From Octopus vulgaris (taxonomy: Eukaryota): a stretch of 64,000 nucleotides of DNA. This document shows positions 1-13,050 of the stretch, one piece after another. How positions within the stretch are numbered: position 1 is the first letter of the stretch; each line of letters starts with the position of its first letter. Below the pieces are notes generated by a model that had not been told where the DNA came from, ran no database searches, and saw nothing but the letters and a program-made list of their open reading frames with translations. Made by a program: the position numbers and the translations under genes. The stretch covers positions 62,744,001 through 62,808,000 of the forward strand of contig OX597818.1 of assembly GCA_951406725.2 (NCBI GenBank), read 5' to 3'.

Positions 1-445
1 ACTAAGTATACTTCATAGTAATCTTATAAATATTAATTCCACCTTTAATCCATTCTGATAAAATGATGCATTAAGAAAGAATATTACTCGTATCCGGACG
101 TCGTTTCTTAAAGTATTACGAAAATTATCCCCATCATTTAGATTAAGAGAACCATGCATATGTATGTGGTTGAGTATATATATTCCTATATGTTTGGGAG
201 ACGAAGAAATATGAGACATCGAAAATGTATGAATGAGGGAGAGAAAGAAAGAGAGAGGAGGAGAGAGAACAGAATCATAGAGAAAGAGAAATAGAGAAGT
301 TAAGAAAATATAGAGTGAGAGGAACGAATCAAATTAAAAGAGTGAAGTTGTAGAAGAACTGATGAAGTTTAGAATCAATTAAGATGAGGAAAATAGTCCG
401 AAAGTAAGAAAGCACTTTAGAATGAATTTAGAAAAAATAACAGAG

Positions 446-449
<4 letters not shown>

Positions 450-501
<52 letters not shown>
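450..501. repeat. (GA)n microsatellite in a purine-rich stretch
   Basis: Directly visible (GA)n run; explains the ERER/SLSL ORFs. Confidence 0.97.
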
Positions 502-507
<6 letters not shown>

Positions 508-1239
508 AAAGAGAGAAAAAGGAGAAAGGGTATTTGTTTGTGTGTGTGCATGCGTGCATGTGTGGGTATGTATGATTGAGAGGAAAGAAAGAAAGAGAAA
601 AACAACGTAAAAGATTTATATTGATAGAATCGCAGTTGAATTGGATATGAGTAAACAAGAGACGAAGAAAGCAAATATATTATTTTTGATGTTTGTGTAT
701 TTCAGGATTTAGTCCTTTGAATATTTTATTGCGATTTTATCAGTATTATTGTAGAGTAACAAATGTTTGCTTCTACACACGCTTTCAATATCATCTTAAT
801 TTTATGACTAGTTGATATGTCTTCATGTCAGAAGAGACAATAGCGTTGTTTTATTTGTAAATAAGATCTAAGATATACTTTGGCCGCCGTTATTATATGG
901 ACTGACTTCTATCTATATTTCCTCTAGTTGTAACATTGCCAAAGGCTTCCCTGTCAACCATGTTGCATAGAGTTCGATTTTCTCCAAACCAAAGTCAGTT
1001 GACGTTGTATATTATTATAGCCATGAGATACAACATTGTTTATTACATGCTGTATTATACGATTATATCTCAGATATCTTCCGCAATATTAGGAGGAATG
1101 GAAGAAATCATGGCTTTAACTTTTCTAGATTTTCTTTATCTGCATTATCTGATGTTGCTTGTTGATTTCATTTTAGTTCGTAAGTATTTGCAAGTAAGTC
1201 GATTATTTTTCTCATACATCTTCTGCGTTATCGCAGTTT

Positions 1240-1480
1240 TATTTCGGTGTTTTTGACAGGTTTCTTTTCTTCTTTCTCCGAAATTGTATTGTGCTAAAAA
1301 CAACTTAGCGAATTATTCTAGTGGAACTCTATCTTCACATAAATTTAGAATATTCGACTCACATTTTCGTTGGTCTTAAATTCCAACGGATTGCAGCCTG
1401 ATGTCTGATCCAACCAAGTAATGCAAGTAACGTTTTCTTGATATTTTCTACTTTGTAATAATCTTTTCAAACATGACATA
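1240..1480 (-). mobile_element. Possible degraded Penelope-like GIY-YIG endonuclease C-terminal remnant
   Basis: Minus strand gives fragments 'NLC..' and 'KHRNK', resembling the C.LC..EK..I...C.H.NK end of Penelope ORFs; heavily mutated. Confidence 0.3.
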
Positions 1481-1954
1481 CGTTTTGTTTCTTATGTACT
1501 ATTTTATGTCAGTATAATGGAAAATACGTTTGTGTTTATTTAAATTACTCAATAATGACATTTTTCTTCGACATGTCATGTTTATTTGTAAGATTCTAGT
1601 AACGAAAATCACTGAAATACGAATAAAAGCCGGTGTAAATAAAACATTCTTCGATTATTTTCTTCAGAACTATAGCAGTTTTGAGTTACACAAAATATAG
1701 ACTTAAAATTTTCCTGTCGAAACAAATCATCGAAAGATTTATATCATTTTGGATGTTAAAAAAATACAAAAAGGAAAACGAAATCAATAACAAAATAATG
1801 CGAGGACACAGTATTACTTATAAACGAAATTATAAACCACTCTAAAAGTATAAACGCTGCCTCTAAGCTCGGTTCCAAGGGGTTATCAGTTCGATTCCGA
1901 TTCAGATTTATGAACAAAACATCCGTTCATATTTGCCTACGGTTTCACAATGCT

Positions 1955-2087
1955 TAGTTGGAGCTGTGAATTAAGAAGCCTGCTTCCGAACTACACGATC
2001 TCATGTTCGGTCCCAGTAAGTGGTAGCTTGGGCAAGTGTTCCAATACATTTGAGTGAATTTGGTCGACGGAGACTTAAAGAATCCGA

Positions 2088-2138
<51 letters not shown>

Positions 2139-2216
2139 AATAGTTTTTATTTATTATTTTGTACTTTATTTAATTATTGGCATATGTTTAATCGTATATT
2201 TAATTTTTTTCTCTAT

Positions 2217-2275
<59 letters not shown>

Positions 2276-2499
2276 ATATATATATATGCAAGTGTGTATG
2301 TGTGTGTCCCAATCCACTTCTTGTCAACTAGTTTTGATGCCTTTACATCCCCGTAACTTAGCGCTTCGGCTAAAGAGCCCAATAGAATAAGTGCTAAGCT
2401 TTAAAAGTTAGAAGTGTATACGTACGAGTCGTTCGACTAAAGAATTCTTGAAGGCGGTGCTTCAATATGGCCGCAGCCTTATTGTTGAAACAACTAAGA
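1955..2499 (+). mobile_element. Old copy of SINE family A (tRNA-like head, internal TA microsatellite)
   Basis: Diverged matches to the 51546-52011 copy: cttgggcaagtgt, tttggtcgacggagact, tttacatccccgtaacttagcg, aaggcggtgcttcaatatggccgcag. Confidence 0.75.
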
Positions 2500-2565
2500 T
2501 GCTCACAGTTATCTGCCCTGATAACTATTATACAGGATACGATAAACTTGATGTTCCTCAAGAAC

Positions 2566-2779
2566 TTACTCTTTTTACTCTTTTACTTGTTTCAGTCATT
2601 TGACCACGGCCATGCTGGAGCACCGCCTTTAGTCGAGGAAATCGACCCCGGGACTTATTCTTTTGTAAGCCTAGTACTTACTCTATCGGTCTCTTTTGCC
2701 GAACCGCTAAGTTACGGGGACATAAACACACCAGCATCGGTTGTCAAGCGATGTTGGGGGGACAAACACAGAAACACAT

Positions 2780-2845
<66 letters not shown>

Positions 2846-3007
2846 GACAGGCTTCTTTCAGTTTCCGTCTACCAAATCCACTCACAAGGCATTGGTCGGC
2901 CCGGGGCTATAGCAGAAGACACTTGCCCAAGGTGCCACACAGTGGGACTGAACCCGGAACCCTGTGGTTGGTAAGCAAGCTACTTACCACACAGCCACCC
3001 CTGCGCC
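2566..3007 (-). mobile_element. SINE family A, full-length copy
   Basis: Minus strand starts ggcgcaggggtggctgtgtggtaag (A-box-like) and continues gggttcagtccc (B-box-like) and ccttgggcaagtg; internal (CA)/(TA)n; tail of AAGAGTAA-like repeats. Near-identical to copies at 22500, 45006 and 51546. Confidence 0.93.
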
Positions 3008-3181
3008 TAACTTGCAATTTATTGTTAAGCAAAACATTACTGTTTGTCAAGAGACTCTTCTCGAAGAGTCCTGACAACAAAACGCATCTGATGAGCTCGG
3101 AGTATAACTTTAACACGACATAGTCATTCATAATACTTAGTTTTCCGATAGAATCTTTTACTCCAACGATGCATTTAATAT

Positions 3182-3563
3182 TACTTTGATCACTTTGACC
3201 GACCAGTCCGTCAGGCGTCCATTTGACACCGCTGGTCACAGCACGCTGTCCACTCCTCTCCGGATCGCGCCTTTCTCATCCACGTGATCCCAATCGTCCT
3301 CTTTGAAATCGGCACTCCACCGTCGTGGAGGTCTTCCGGGTGGTCTTTTCCGCTCACGCGGGTACCACTCGACAAATTCCGGATGCACCACCGACATAGC
3401 TCTACTGTCATCACCTAAACAAGTGCCGGTCGAGAAGGGGGTGAAGCAAGGAGATACAATCTCCCCAAAACGTTTCACTGCATGTCTCGAACAGATCATC
3501 AGAGGCATCGAATGGCAAGGTGGTGTCAACATCAATGGCGAGCTCCTCACTCACCTCCGTTTC
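3182..3563 (-). mobile_element. 5'-inverted, truncated RTE-clade LINE insertion with 11-bp TSD
   Basis: Minus strand ~3182-3378 encodes the RTE C-terminus (EWYPRERKRPPGRPPRRWSADF) plus a short tcaaagt(g/a)a tail. Plus strand ~3378-3566 encodes RT motifs (KGVKQGDTISPKRFTACLE...NINGELLTHLRFA). gcatttaatat occurs at 3171-3181 and 3564-3574. Confidence 0.88.
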
Positions 3564-3717
3564 GCATTTAATATAGGAAATATTAATATTATTGATGAAC
3601 CTTACTCACAGTCACGTACGTCACCCGCTGCATGAATTGAACCTGTTAACTTATAATCACATTCCAAACATTCCGTATATTCTATAGTTTTCTAAGGTAT
3701 TATTTGGAAAGAAAATG

Positions 3718-3900
3718 ACGGCACCGAGATAGCAGAATCGGTAGGAGGTCGCAAGAAATTCCTCGTGGTAGTTGTTCCGGCTCTATTTATGTTTTGATTT
3801 CAAATGTAACCGAGGAAGTTTTGATTTTCCCCATTGTAGGATCAAGAGAATAACGTATCAATCAAGTATGGGTGGATGGGATCGATTAGCCCGTCCAAAG
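3718..3900 (+). mobile_element. Degraded SINE family B copy
   Basis: Diverged match to the family B consensus (gcagaatcg.tag ... ttcaaat..ccgagg ... gatcgatt). Confidence 0.55.
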
Positions 3901-3908
3901 TTATTGTT

Positions 3909-4208
3909 TGTTCCTTCTCGAGCCATGTCTGGCTCATTAGGGCCGGTTTACCGGTTTCCTTGGCGTATAGGTTCCCCACCTGGACGGGACGCCGGTCTGT
4001 CGCAGGTGAGCTGCAAGATGCAGGAGGAAAGAGTGAGAGAAAGTTGTGGCGAAAGGGTCAGCAGAAGTTCGCCATTACCCTCTGCCGGAACCGAGTGGAG
4101 CTTAGGTGTTTTCGCTCATAAACACATCCATCGCCCGGTCTGAGATTCTAACCTGCGCTCCCTCGACCGTGAGTCCGCTGCTCTAACCACTAGGCCATGT
4201 GCCTCCAC
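3909..4208 (-). mobile_element. tRNA-derived SINE: family C head and body with a different (V-domain-like) 3' part
   Basis: Minus head gtggaggcacatggcctagtggttagagcagcggactcacggtcg; body matches the 21161 and 35383 copies; 3' part cctgcgacagaccggcgtcccgtccagg is shared with 4221-4460. Confidence 0.85.
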
Positions 4209-4220
4209 AAAAAGATAAAT

Positions 4221-4460
4221 GTTCCTTCTTGAGCCATGCCAGGCTCATAAGGACCCGGTTTCCTGGTTTCAGTGGCGTAGAAATTCCTCACCTGGACGTG
4301 ACGCCGATCCGTCGCAGGATTACTCATTTTTGCCAGCTGAGTGGACGTGAAAAGGAAGTGTTTTGCTGAAGAACACAACGCATCGTCCGGTCCAGGAATC
4401 GAAACCACAACCTTACGATCATGAGTTCAACACTCTAATCACTAAGCCACGCGCTTCCAC
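4221..4460 (-). mobile_element. tRNA-derived SINE (CORE/V-like central part)
   Basis: Minus head gtggaagcgcgtggcttagtgattagagtg...ggtttcgattcc (A/B boxes), then gtgttcttcagcaaaacactt and cctgcgacggatcggcgtcacgtccagg. Confidence 0.82.
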
Positions 4461-5174
4461 AAAGTTGTTGGCATTGGGCTTTAATTAGATACTATAAGAC
4501 GGAAACTTGGCAAAAAGGCCTCGAAGATCCACTGCGATATTAATTCCCTTTTTTAAATAAAATAGCAGCAAATTTTGGAGGAGAAATGTAGTTGATTAAA
4601 ACCTCCCCACTCTTACACCTTAATTATAAGCAAATATTGGTACAAATGTAGTGTGTTTACTTACGTAGAGATGTACACGTTAGTAACGTAAATAACTAGC
4701 TGTATGATATAGCGTGACCTCAACTGGAGTTTATTTCAAATTTTTACTTCATATTTTACAAAATCGATCCCGACCAGGTAATATAATTTCGATCAGGTGA
4801 TAACTATGTTATAAAGCAAAATGCTGTCTATTATACCACATTTCCAAGCTAGCGTCTTCGAGGCTATTTGTGATTTCACATCTAAAAATAAGAACAACGT
4901 AGTCAAGAAATTTATGTTGACATAGAATTATACTTCACTGGTTACCGTAATTAAATAGTTAAAAATGTTATTATTACTGGTTAATTAATCGATTTAGAAT
5001 AGTTAATAAATAACTTGTAATTGCAGTGTCTTCTTCCAGTTCTGTCTCTGAATATACCCGCAGCACCAACACGACGCATAACATTATTTGCGAATTAAAA
5101 ATACGCTCTGCTCAGAGCTGACACTCTCAAATACTTAAATACCAAAGTTTTGTTGGATTAGTGGTGCTAATAGT

Positions 5175-5245
5175 ATAATAATAATAAGAAGAAGAAGAAG
5201 AAGAAGACAAAGAAGAAGAAGAAGAAAAAGAAGAAGAAGAAGCAA

Positions 5246-5291
<46 letters not shown>
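5175..5291. repeat. Compound (TAA)n/(GAA)n microsatellite
   Basis: Directly visible. Confidence 0.95.
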
Positions 5292-5292
<1 letters not shown>

Positions 5293-5359
5293 GAGCACTC
5301 AGAGAGCACAAGCATCCGCGAAGACAACACGGATATCCTCTCAACGATTAGCCGACTGA

Positions 5360-5742
5360 TATATTCCGAGCAGGGTAGTGAACCCCAACTACCTTCTGGC
5401 GACGGAACGAGCAGACCAACCTGGTTTCGGGCTATTTCTTCCTCTCTTTAGTACTGGACACCTCATCTGCTCTCAATATATATAATTTTGCAACAAGCAA
5501 AAATGCTATTTCTAAAATTCCTCTAAGAGATCAACGCAGGAGTTGTACCAAAAAGGAATGTCTGTAGCCACTTCAACAAAGCTGTCCATTCGAACGGACA
5601 TTACTGCAATTTTTTAATCCCAAGAGGACATTTCAAACTGGTAAACCATGCAGAGCTGCATCCAAAATATTTAGAGCAGGAGAGGGAATCCCCTACCAGC
5701 TTTTAGTGACGGAATCAGCAGACCAGCATGGTTTCGGGCTTT
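5360..5742 (+). repeat. Diverged ~75-bp direct repeat (5360-5435 and 5667-5742)
   Basis: gagcagg.....gaa.ccc....gacggaa..agcagacca.c.tggtttcgggct is present twice. Confidence 0.75.
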
Positions 5743-5769
5743 TTATGCGTCTCTCCAATACTTCGTCTG

Positions 5770-6195
5770 CGACAGATGGCAGTAGCTCGGTTTAACATAA
5801 TAAATGCTTTCCTTCAAGTAGGCTCATGGGATGTAGCCAGGTGCCGTCATATCTGGAGAACGCAACGGTCAGCATATGTCGCTCACATAGGATATCGTTC
5901 TGTCCCCAAGAATATACCTGAGCAGTTGGAGTGTGGGCCTAATTGTGTGAGCTCTGGCTCGTCTTGTTCGAACCGCATGTCAGGTTTATCTCGAACCGCT
6001 GGGATTAGGAATTGTTCGATCATATACCGATATTCATCTCCTGTAACAGCGAGAAGGTTTCCATCGTCGTCTTCGAAAAATAAAGTCCGATCACATTTTC
6101 TGACATCATCTCACACCAAATCGTACTTGGAAGTGGATGTAATTCTCTTTGAATTGTTCGAGGATTTTACGAACCTGAAATCCCTCTCGCCATAA
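5770..6195 (-). pseudogene. Degraded Tc1/mariner-superfamily transposase (WPxRSPDL...WxYLK type)
   Basis: Minus translation across stops and frameshifts: NPRTIQRELHPLPSTIWC...VIGLYF/FEDDDGNLLAVTGDEYRYMIEQFLIP...RFEQD...*PLRSPDMTAPGYIP*AYLKESIYYVKP. Confidence 0.8.
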
Positions 6196-8795
6196 TGTTG
6201 TCAAAATGCTTGTTGAGTTAGAATTTTGATCCTTGGTTTGATAGTAAACTTTCTCAATTTCTGTTCGTTATCCGCTCGTGAACTTTTCTATGATTAATCT
6301 CCTACGTCTACTTTATAAAATCTGTAAAAAATAAAAGAAAGCAATTTAACAAAAATAGTTATTAATTATTGCATTCCTTCTGTGACGTTTGGACCACACT
6401 GGGTAACGCAAATACGCAGAATTAGATTTGATTTTCGTTGTTCCTTTTTTTGTTTCGTTAGTTTTAGTTGACTAAATTAGTTGCCTGTTGTAGAACGAGT
6501 CAAACGGAGGCGTTTTTTTGTTTTGTATGGCGTCTTGGATGAATTTGATGCTGAATCTTATCAATGTATTTAAATCTTTATTACTAATTCTCAATGACCG
6601 AACCAATTTAGCTGTAAAAAGAGACTATACCGCCAAACCGTCCAAGTACAACCTAAAGGGAGGAGCTCTTACATTGTTGTCTAATTTGCAAGAGGTATTT
6701 GCTGAACACCCTTCACCAACACACTTTTAGTGATCAATCTGTTGTGGGTGTATGGTCTTGTTTAAGAAAACACGATATAGTCACAACTGGAGTAGACTTT
6801 GATCTGAGGTATGTCTAAGGAATCAGAACTGTTCTTAGACTATACTGTAGCAAATATACGTTCGCGTTCGGTGCTATGATGGCGTATTACCTAAAAGACT
6901 AGAATCTTCAGGTTGTCTTGTCATCTTCTACTTGACCTTGCGCCAAAAGGAAGAACTTTTAGAAGACATCGTTTCCTCCCTCTAACAATATGGTTCTATT
7001 CTAAAGTTAAATTTTTGTAACTATTTAAAAAAAATCTTTTGGAATTTCTGAATAACTTTCCAAATGCATTCCTTAAGTGAGAATAAAATATAACGAATTT
7101 TAAGGGAAAAAAACCCAACAAAACAACACAAAGGAAAAAATAAAAACTATCAGAAAACAAATACGGAACTGCGTCGCTCATGTCACTGTTTGGTGGATTG
7201 GCAACAGAAAGGAAATGGTTATAACCTTGTCCCGTATATTCATTTGAAACTGGAATACATTGTGATATACTAGTGACACGTTACTTATTATAACCATGTG
7301 AATTGATTCAGATAGTACTACCAAAAATATCCTTGCCAGGGATACATTAAGAATTACAGAATTTTCGGTTTGAAAGGGAAAAAAATCCTTTAATAGAAAG
7401 TCATCGATGTGATTCAGCTTTTGGGTTACTGTAAAGATCAAGTGAATACGAAAACATATATCGCTGATATTTATTAAATCAATATTTCCAACATTGTCCC
7501 TTAGCAAAAGATCGATATAATGCAGGCATTTTTTATTGGTAATCATTAATATTTATTCCAGTATCTGGATATAGGGATATAACATACATTTTTACCTGCA
7601 ACTTAGAGTACAGCAGTCCCTATAATCTAAACATACGTTACATAACGTTTTCTGTTTTAATACATGATTCTTTGGTGCACAACATCAGATTTAACTATTT
7701 TCCTTATAATTCATATCGTCTCATCTATTTCTCCACTTTCTATCTCTCCTTTTCTCTCATTTAAACTTAACTTCATAGTTGAGACATGCTGAAAGTACGC
7801 CATTCCTATGTCTAGCTGTGAATCTGTAGCTACTCATGTCTTAAACTTGTCAATTGCCTTCTGTTTACTCTTCCTATAACCACCGTTATACAATAGAAAG
7901 TATCGCTCCTGTTAACAAAACATGAAGCGGGGGAAACATAGTACATGGTGACTCAACCGGCTAGAAATAACAACTAAATCTTTCTGAAATTACACCTTAA
8001 TATCACAGAAAGAGATACATTAGATATTTAGGTCTTAGACAGATTATTCATGAAAAAGATTTGAGAGCCACGGTTGTAGTGACTCACACCATATACCATT
8101 TCAGTAAGGATGACCTGATGTTAAAGAGCTGCATGCAACCCACTTTCATTATTTTTTTTGTAGAAGATATTTCCTATTCGTCGTTCACATTAAGAATAGA
8201 ATGAAACACAACTCAGTGTCTCCGTATATCTGTAAAATTTATCTCGTAAATAATCATTAAGAAATTATTTACTTTCCTTCTGTTTATAGAATATCTTACA
8301 TAAGTATGTAGTCATACTACAACATCTGAATGTCTCTTGAGGTAGCGTCCTTCGTCTTTTGTGACAAAACCTTTTTAAAGTTATTTATCTTTTATTTCAA
8401 GCACGCGGAGCGACCACGTATAAACCTTCCCATTCGACGTTTTTTTGTTTCAGAAATTTACTTCCTGTTTAACGATCGGAAGAGTAAGTAGAACAGATTT
8501 GGTTTGTTTAGTGTGAGAGGGTTTACAGTTTTATGGCTAGATGTAATATAAATATATTCCTTGTGTTATCACATCGTAGTAAACACAGGAGAGTGAAAGA
8601 AAAGTAAACAGGAAATTAAATGAGACGATATGAATTATGAATGCGGAATATAAGCTTGATGACGTGACACTATCATGTTTAACACCAGAAAACATTAAAG
8701 TTTCATTGCTTTAAATTATTGAAATTGTTATTGTTGTTAGCCCTGCGTCAAGTTTTCTTTACAAGAATTTCAACACACGATCATTTTTGTATCTA

Positions 8796-9355
8796 TAGTG
8801 TTGTCCGGAAAGTTCGTGCCGATTTGTAGTAGCTTACCTTTCAACTTATTTTAGAACATGGTTGAGACCATAAAATAGGATTTTACTACACTTCCATTTA
8901 GAGCAGAGTTCAAGCTATCTTTTCGTGGAAGAAGGTTTATGTTCTGTGTTAATTCTGTAAACCTTTATAATGGATGATAAGAAAGTTCGTTTTCGGCACT
9001 TGATGCTTTGGCAACGAGACAAAAATTGCTGCAGCTCAGCTGGGATGTGTTACCCCACCCTCTATATTCACCAGATATTGCTCCTTCGGATTTCCACTTA
9101 TTCAGGTCTCGGAAGAATTGTCTTAATGGTAGAAATTTCAATTCTTGGATGACATAAAAAGATACCTTGATGAATTCTTTGCCATGAAACCACCTCAATT
9201 CTGGGAAGAGGATATTTTCAAGCTAAAGGAAAGATGGAGACGCATTGTGCAACAAAATGCTTCATATTTTGTTGATTAAAAATGTAATGGCAATTATTTA
9301 TTGACCTTTTTTTTCTTTCCTTTAAAAATCGGTACAAACTTTCCGTACAACCCAA
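8796..9355 (+). mobile_element. Internally deleted mariner transposon (560 bp)
   Basis: ~30-bp TIRs (tagtgttgtccggaaagttcgtgccgattt / aaatcggtacaaactttccgtacaacccaa); TA flanks at 8794-8795 and 9356-9357; transposase C-terminal motif LPHPLYSPDIAPSDFHLFRS. Confidence 0.93.
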
Positions 9356-10167
9356 TATTTAAACGTCGTGTATAATATTCTATTTTATACAATTGAGATT
9401 TAGTTATCATTTGTTTTGTAAGGTTATAGTTTGAAGGAAATTTGGTTCTTATTTCTAGCAGATCGAACTAACAAGTGACGGCATCGCGTCGGTTCTTATT
9501 CATGTTTCCTTGCTGATCTACGTCGGTAAACTTCTTATCAATTATTTGTAAGCTGTGAATGTCAGACATTTTGAACTGGAAAAAAAGGAAATGATTGCTT
9601 CAGCAGTAAAATTCCATGAAGTCCTCCAAAAACAAATTGTGTATTTTGTTGGAAAAATTGTAAACATTCTCGTACGTTAGCGATTCTTTCTCTATCTCTT
9701 TATACGCCATATGAATTCTTCGGTTTTATTCGCCGTTTCTGCTACATTCATTTCTATTTTACTTTTAAACTACTCTTCATATCTTATTAAAGCCAAGATT
9801 ATTCAAATTATTTCTTTGCACGAAATAACAGAGTGTGATTTGAGGGATAGTTCACTGTTATTTCTAACAAACTGATTGAACACGACGAGGTTTGCCACCA
9901 ACTACATCCTGACATAATTAACCCCATTACTAAAAATCTTCCGTTGTGTCGGTGTAGAAAATCAATAAAGTTGGGGAAAAGCATAATACTTGTCTGCTGC
10001 CAGAAGTGAATTTTAACCTTTTGTCAAAAAATTTTCAACACTTCAGAAAGTATTGATCCTTTTAATTAATTTTTACTTTAATTGCTATTAAAACGATGTT
10101 TCCTGTAGTTGAAGTCTTTCTATTCAGAAATACACTTGATCTGAAAAATAATGCTAACAATTGTTTT

Positions 10168-10360
10168 TTCTTGTTTAACCCCAGGTTAGTCTGGTCGAGC
10201 TGACCTATGATCAAAGGCATCCTTGTTCTTATCATCGCGTCCCTTTTTTCATTACCATACATCACATACAATAATGCATTCTTCCCTCCTTAAAAACTGT
10301 AGGCAGTTATTTGAGATAGATTTCGATGTTGCATGTAATAGATCGATCAACCACGAAGAC
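10168..10360 (+). repeat. Old interspersed repeat family D (SINE-like); further degraded copies near 7940-8130, 8730-9490 (split by the mariner), 9830-9900, 52575-52760
   Basis: Recurrent motifs tttaaccccaggt...gacctatgatcaaa and gtgatttgag...tg.tatttcta. Confidence 0.55.
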
Positions 10361-11692
10361 AGACTAATGTTAGTTCGATATCTAACAGTAATACGACGAA
10401 CTGTGTAATTGGTTTTCTAATATAAACTTTTGAATAGTTAAACAAAGATCAGGACATCACCACATGCAAATAAGCATTTATAGCAGATCTGATGAACTAA
10501 TTTCTACCTCATCCTTCCCCGCCGGTAATTGCAAAAGTCTGTACTACATCCATGCATGAACTGATAATCGTTACATGCATATTTAAACAGACAGTGAAAT
10601 AATCAACTAATAATATTCATCGTTTGAGTTATGCAATGAATTATTTTATTACAAGGCAACAGTAAATAGGGTATCGTAACGTTCGCTTCTTCTCAGACTT
10701 TTTCGTTTCATTAGAAGCAAAAATAGAGTGACTTGAAAGGGTGTCTAAACGGAATCTCAATACGACACCATTCGCTCAGAACAGACGTCACAAAACCCAT
10801 CCAATATAAAAGAAATGATTTGTAGGTGGATTTGCATCACAATACATAAAACATAAGCATTTCGTCATCCAAAGAAAATCAGACTCGTTCTATATTAATT
10901 CATTCGAATGTCCTATTTACGTGACATCCCTAATACAACCATATCTTTGTTGTAACTTATTAGAATTCTTCCATTTAATATGCAAATCGATTATACAAAA
11001 TCGCCTGCATTATGCGAATAATCACTGTTTCAAGATTCCCAGTGGCCCACAGTGAACTTGGGTATCGTATATGATTAGGTTTAAGATGATTCATCAACTA
11101 CTTAACATCTTGCTACGAGACAAGCCACACTTCAATACAAGGGAATAAAGATTTCGAATTTTCACTCGATAAATGCAAATTAATTACTTCAGATGTTGAA
11201 TTCCACTGAGATAATTCTTTAGTTTAATATCACGTCAAAGCATCAGCTCTTTTTATATATGGTAATTCCATGGCCATCGACGACTCTGATGCACTGGAGT
11301 TTCTGGTTTGCTGGATACGGCTAGAGTGATTAATGTCCGTTTTCAATTGTTTGAGATGGGAAACTAGAAGTATTAAAGGATAAGTTGCAGACTGATGCGG
11401 TTCTAGGGAACCAAATTTTGTTTATTGCTATTGATCGGAATACGAAATTACTTCGCTCTGTGATATTCATATGATATACAAAATTTAGCTTTTGAAATCC
11501 ACTGTTTCGTTAATATATATATATACACATACGATAAATGTAGACAAATACACGAGGAAATGATAAACACATATGCGCAAATACTCAGCGTGTACTGCAG
11601 CCAGATTCAATTGTTGAGGAACTCTATATAAATTCAGGATTTAATGCGTTACCAACTAGTTCGTTATTGTTTTTGTTACAATGTGTTCAATG

Positions 11693-11942
<250 letters not shown>

Positions 11943-12794
11943 TATGGGAACTGTGTACAGAGTACCAGACGGAGATACAAAGAGATTGGTGGAGTAAATT
12001 TTGAGATCCTTGTAAAATATGTCAATAGATAAGTGACATTTAAGTGTGAACTAATTAGTATTTCATGGTATAAATCATTGCCAGATTTGTTCCCCATTAT
12101 AATCTACATCCGGTTCATAGTTTCAGTGTCTGTGTGGAACCACCTCTTAGCTATTCCCAGATCTCCTCTGACCAACAGTAGTAATATCTGTTAGAATCCC
12201 GGTTATGGGTGATATAGCATGTGCACTAATGGAAGGAAGCTAGTTTCCGTTAGAACTTCGTTCCAGGATAAAGTGAACTCGCATAAAATACTTGAAGCGG
12301 AATTAGTTTTTGCATGTCTCAACCTCTGTTGTGCCTCTGGTCTTATAGCTTATTGCGTTGGAAAATAGTTAGACTGATCTGCAACAATTTGTCTACACAA
12401 AAGCAATTCATGCAAGGAACCTCCTGAACAATTTGAACATCTGCACAGACTTACTGAGGTTATCAAATGGTCTTACTCGTTCATAACTTCACTTCCACAA
12501 ATGTAAACGAACTATTTAATTTGCTTGCTGGTTTTTTTTCTTACCCGCTTTCCTGTCCTCTCACACATCTGCAGAAAAAAATCGGAAACGATGAAAGATA
12601 AGATAAGATGACCCTAAAAAATGATATCTCATCAACTGTGATGTCCAACTCGAATTATTTTCACAATAAATGGAATTCTACTCTCAGTATCGTGTCACGC
12701 CAGCTGTAAAAGCTTTGAATTTTCTCTTGAATGTGTTCTAAAATAATGGACTTGTTTTATTATTTAATTACATACTATTTCATTAGATGACTTT

Positions 12795-13050
12795 CTGAAA
12801 TATTTTTGCACGCTAAGAGTTGCCGAAGCATGGAAAAACTGCCGGCACCAGTTGTTAGTTGTTGGAACACTGCATCCTTCAAAACTTCCATGCTTCCTGA
12901 GATTCGCTAACATTACACCTGATTTTCTCCCCTCCATACACACGCAAGCATGTATCACTTTCCAGAAATTTGTACTGTACTGCATATGCTTTATACGCAC
13001 TTTTGACAAGTTGTGGTGCACCTGAGCACTGTATACAATAATTTCATAAT
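12795..13050 (+). mobile_element. CR1/L2-like LINE 3' end
   Basis: Frameshifted AW-KLPAPVVSC...ASFK-like ORF end, then a 3' UTR ending ttgtggtgcacctgagcactgtatacaataatttcat, also present at 47499-47700. Confidence 0.7.

Noticed and set aside
7178-7546. 122-aa minus-strand ORF; the plus strand has a weak HRCDSAFGLL transposase-like string
   Set aside because: No recognisable domain or splice structure; the motif match is too weak to call.
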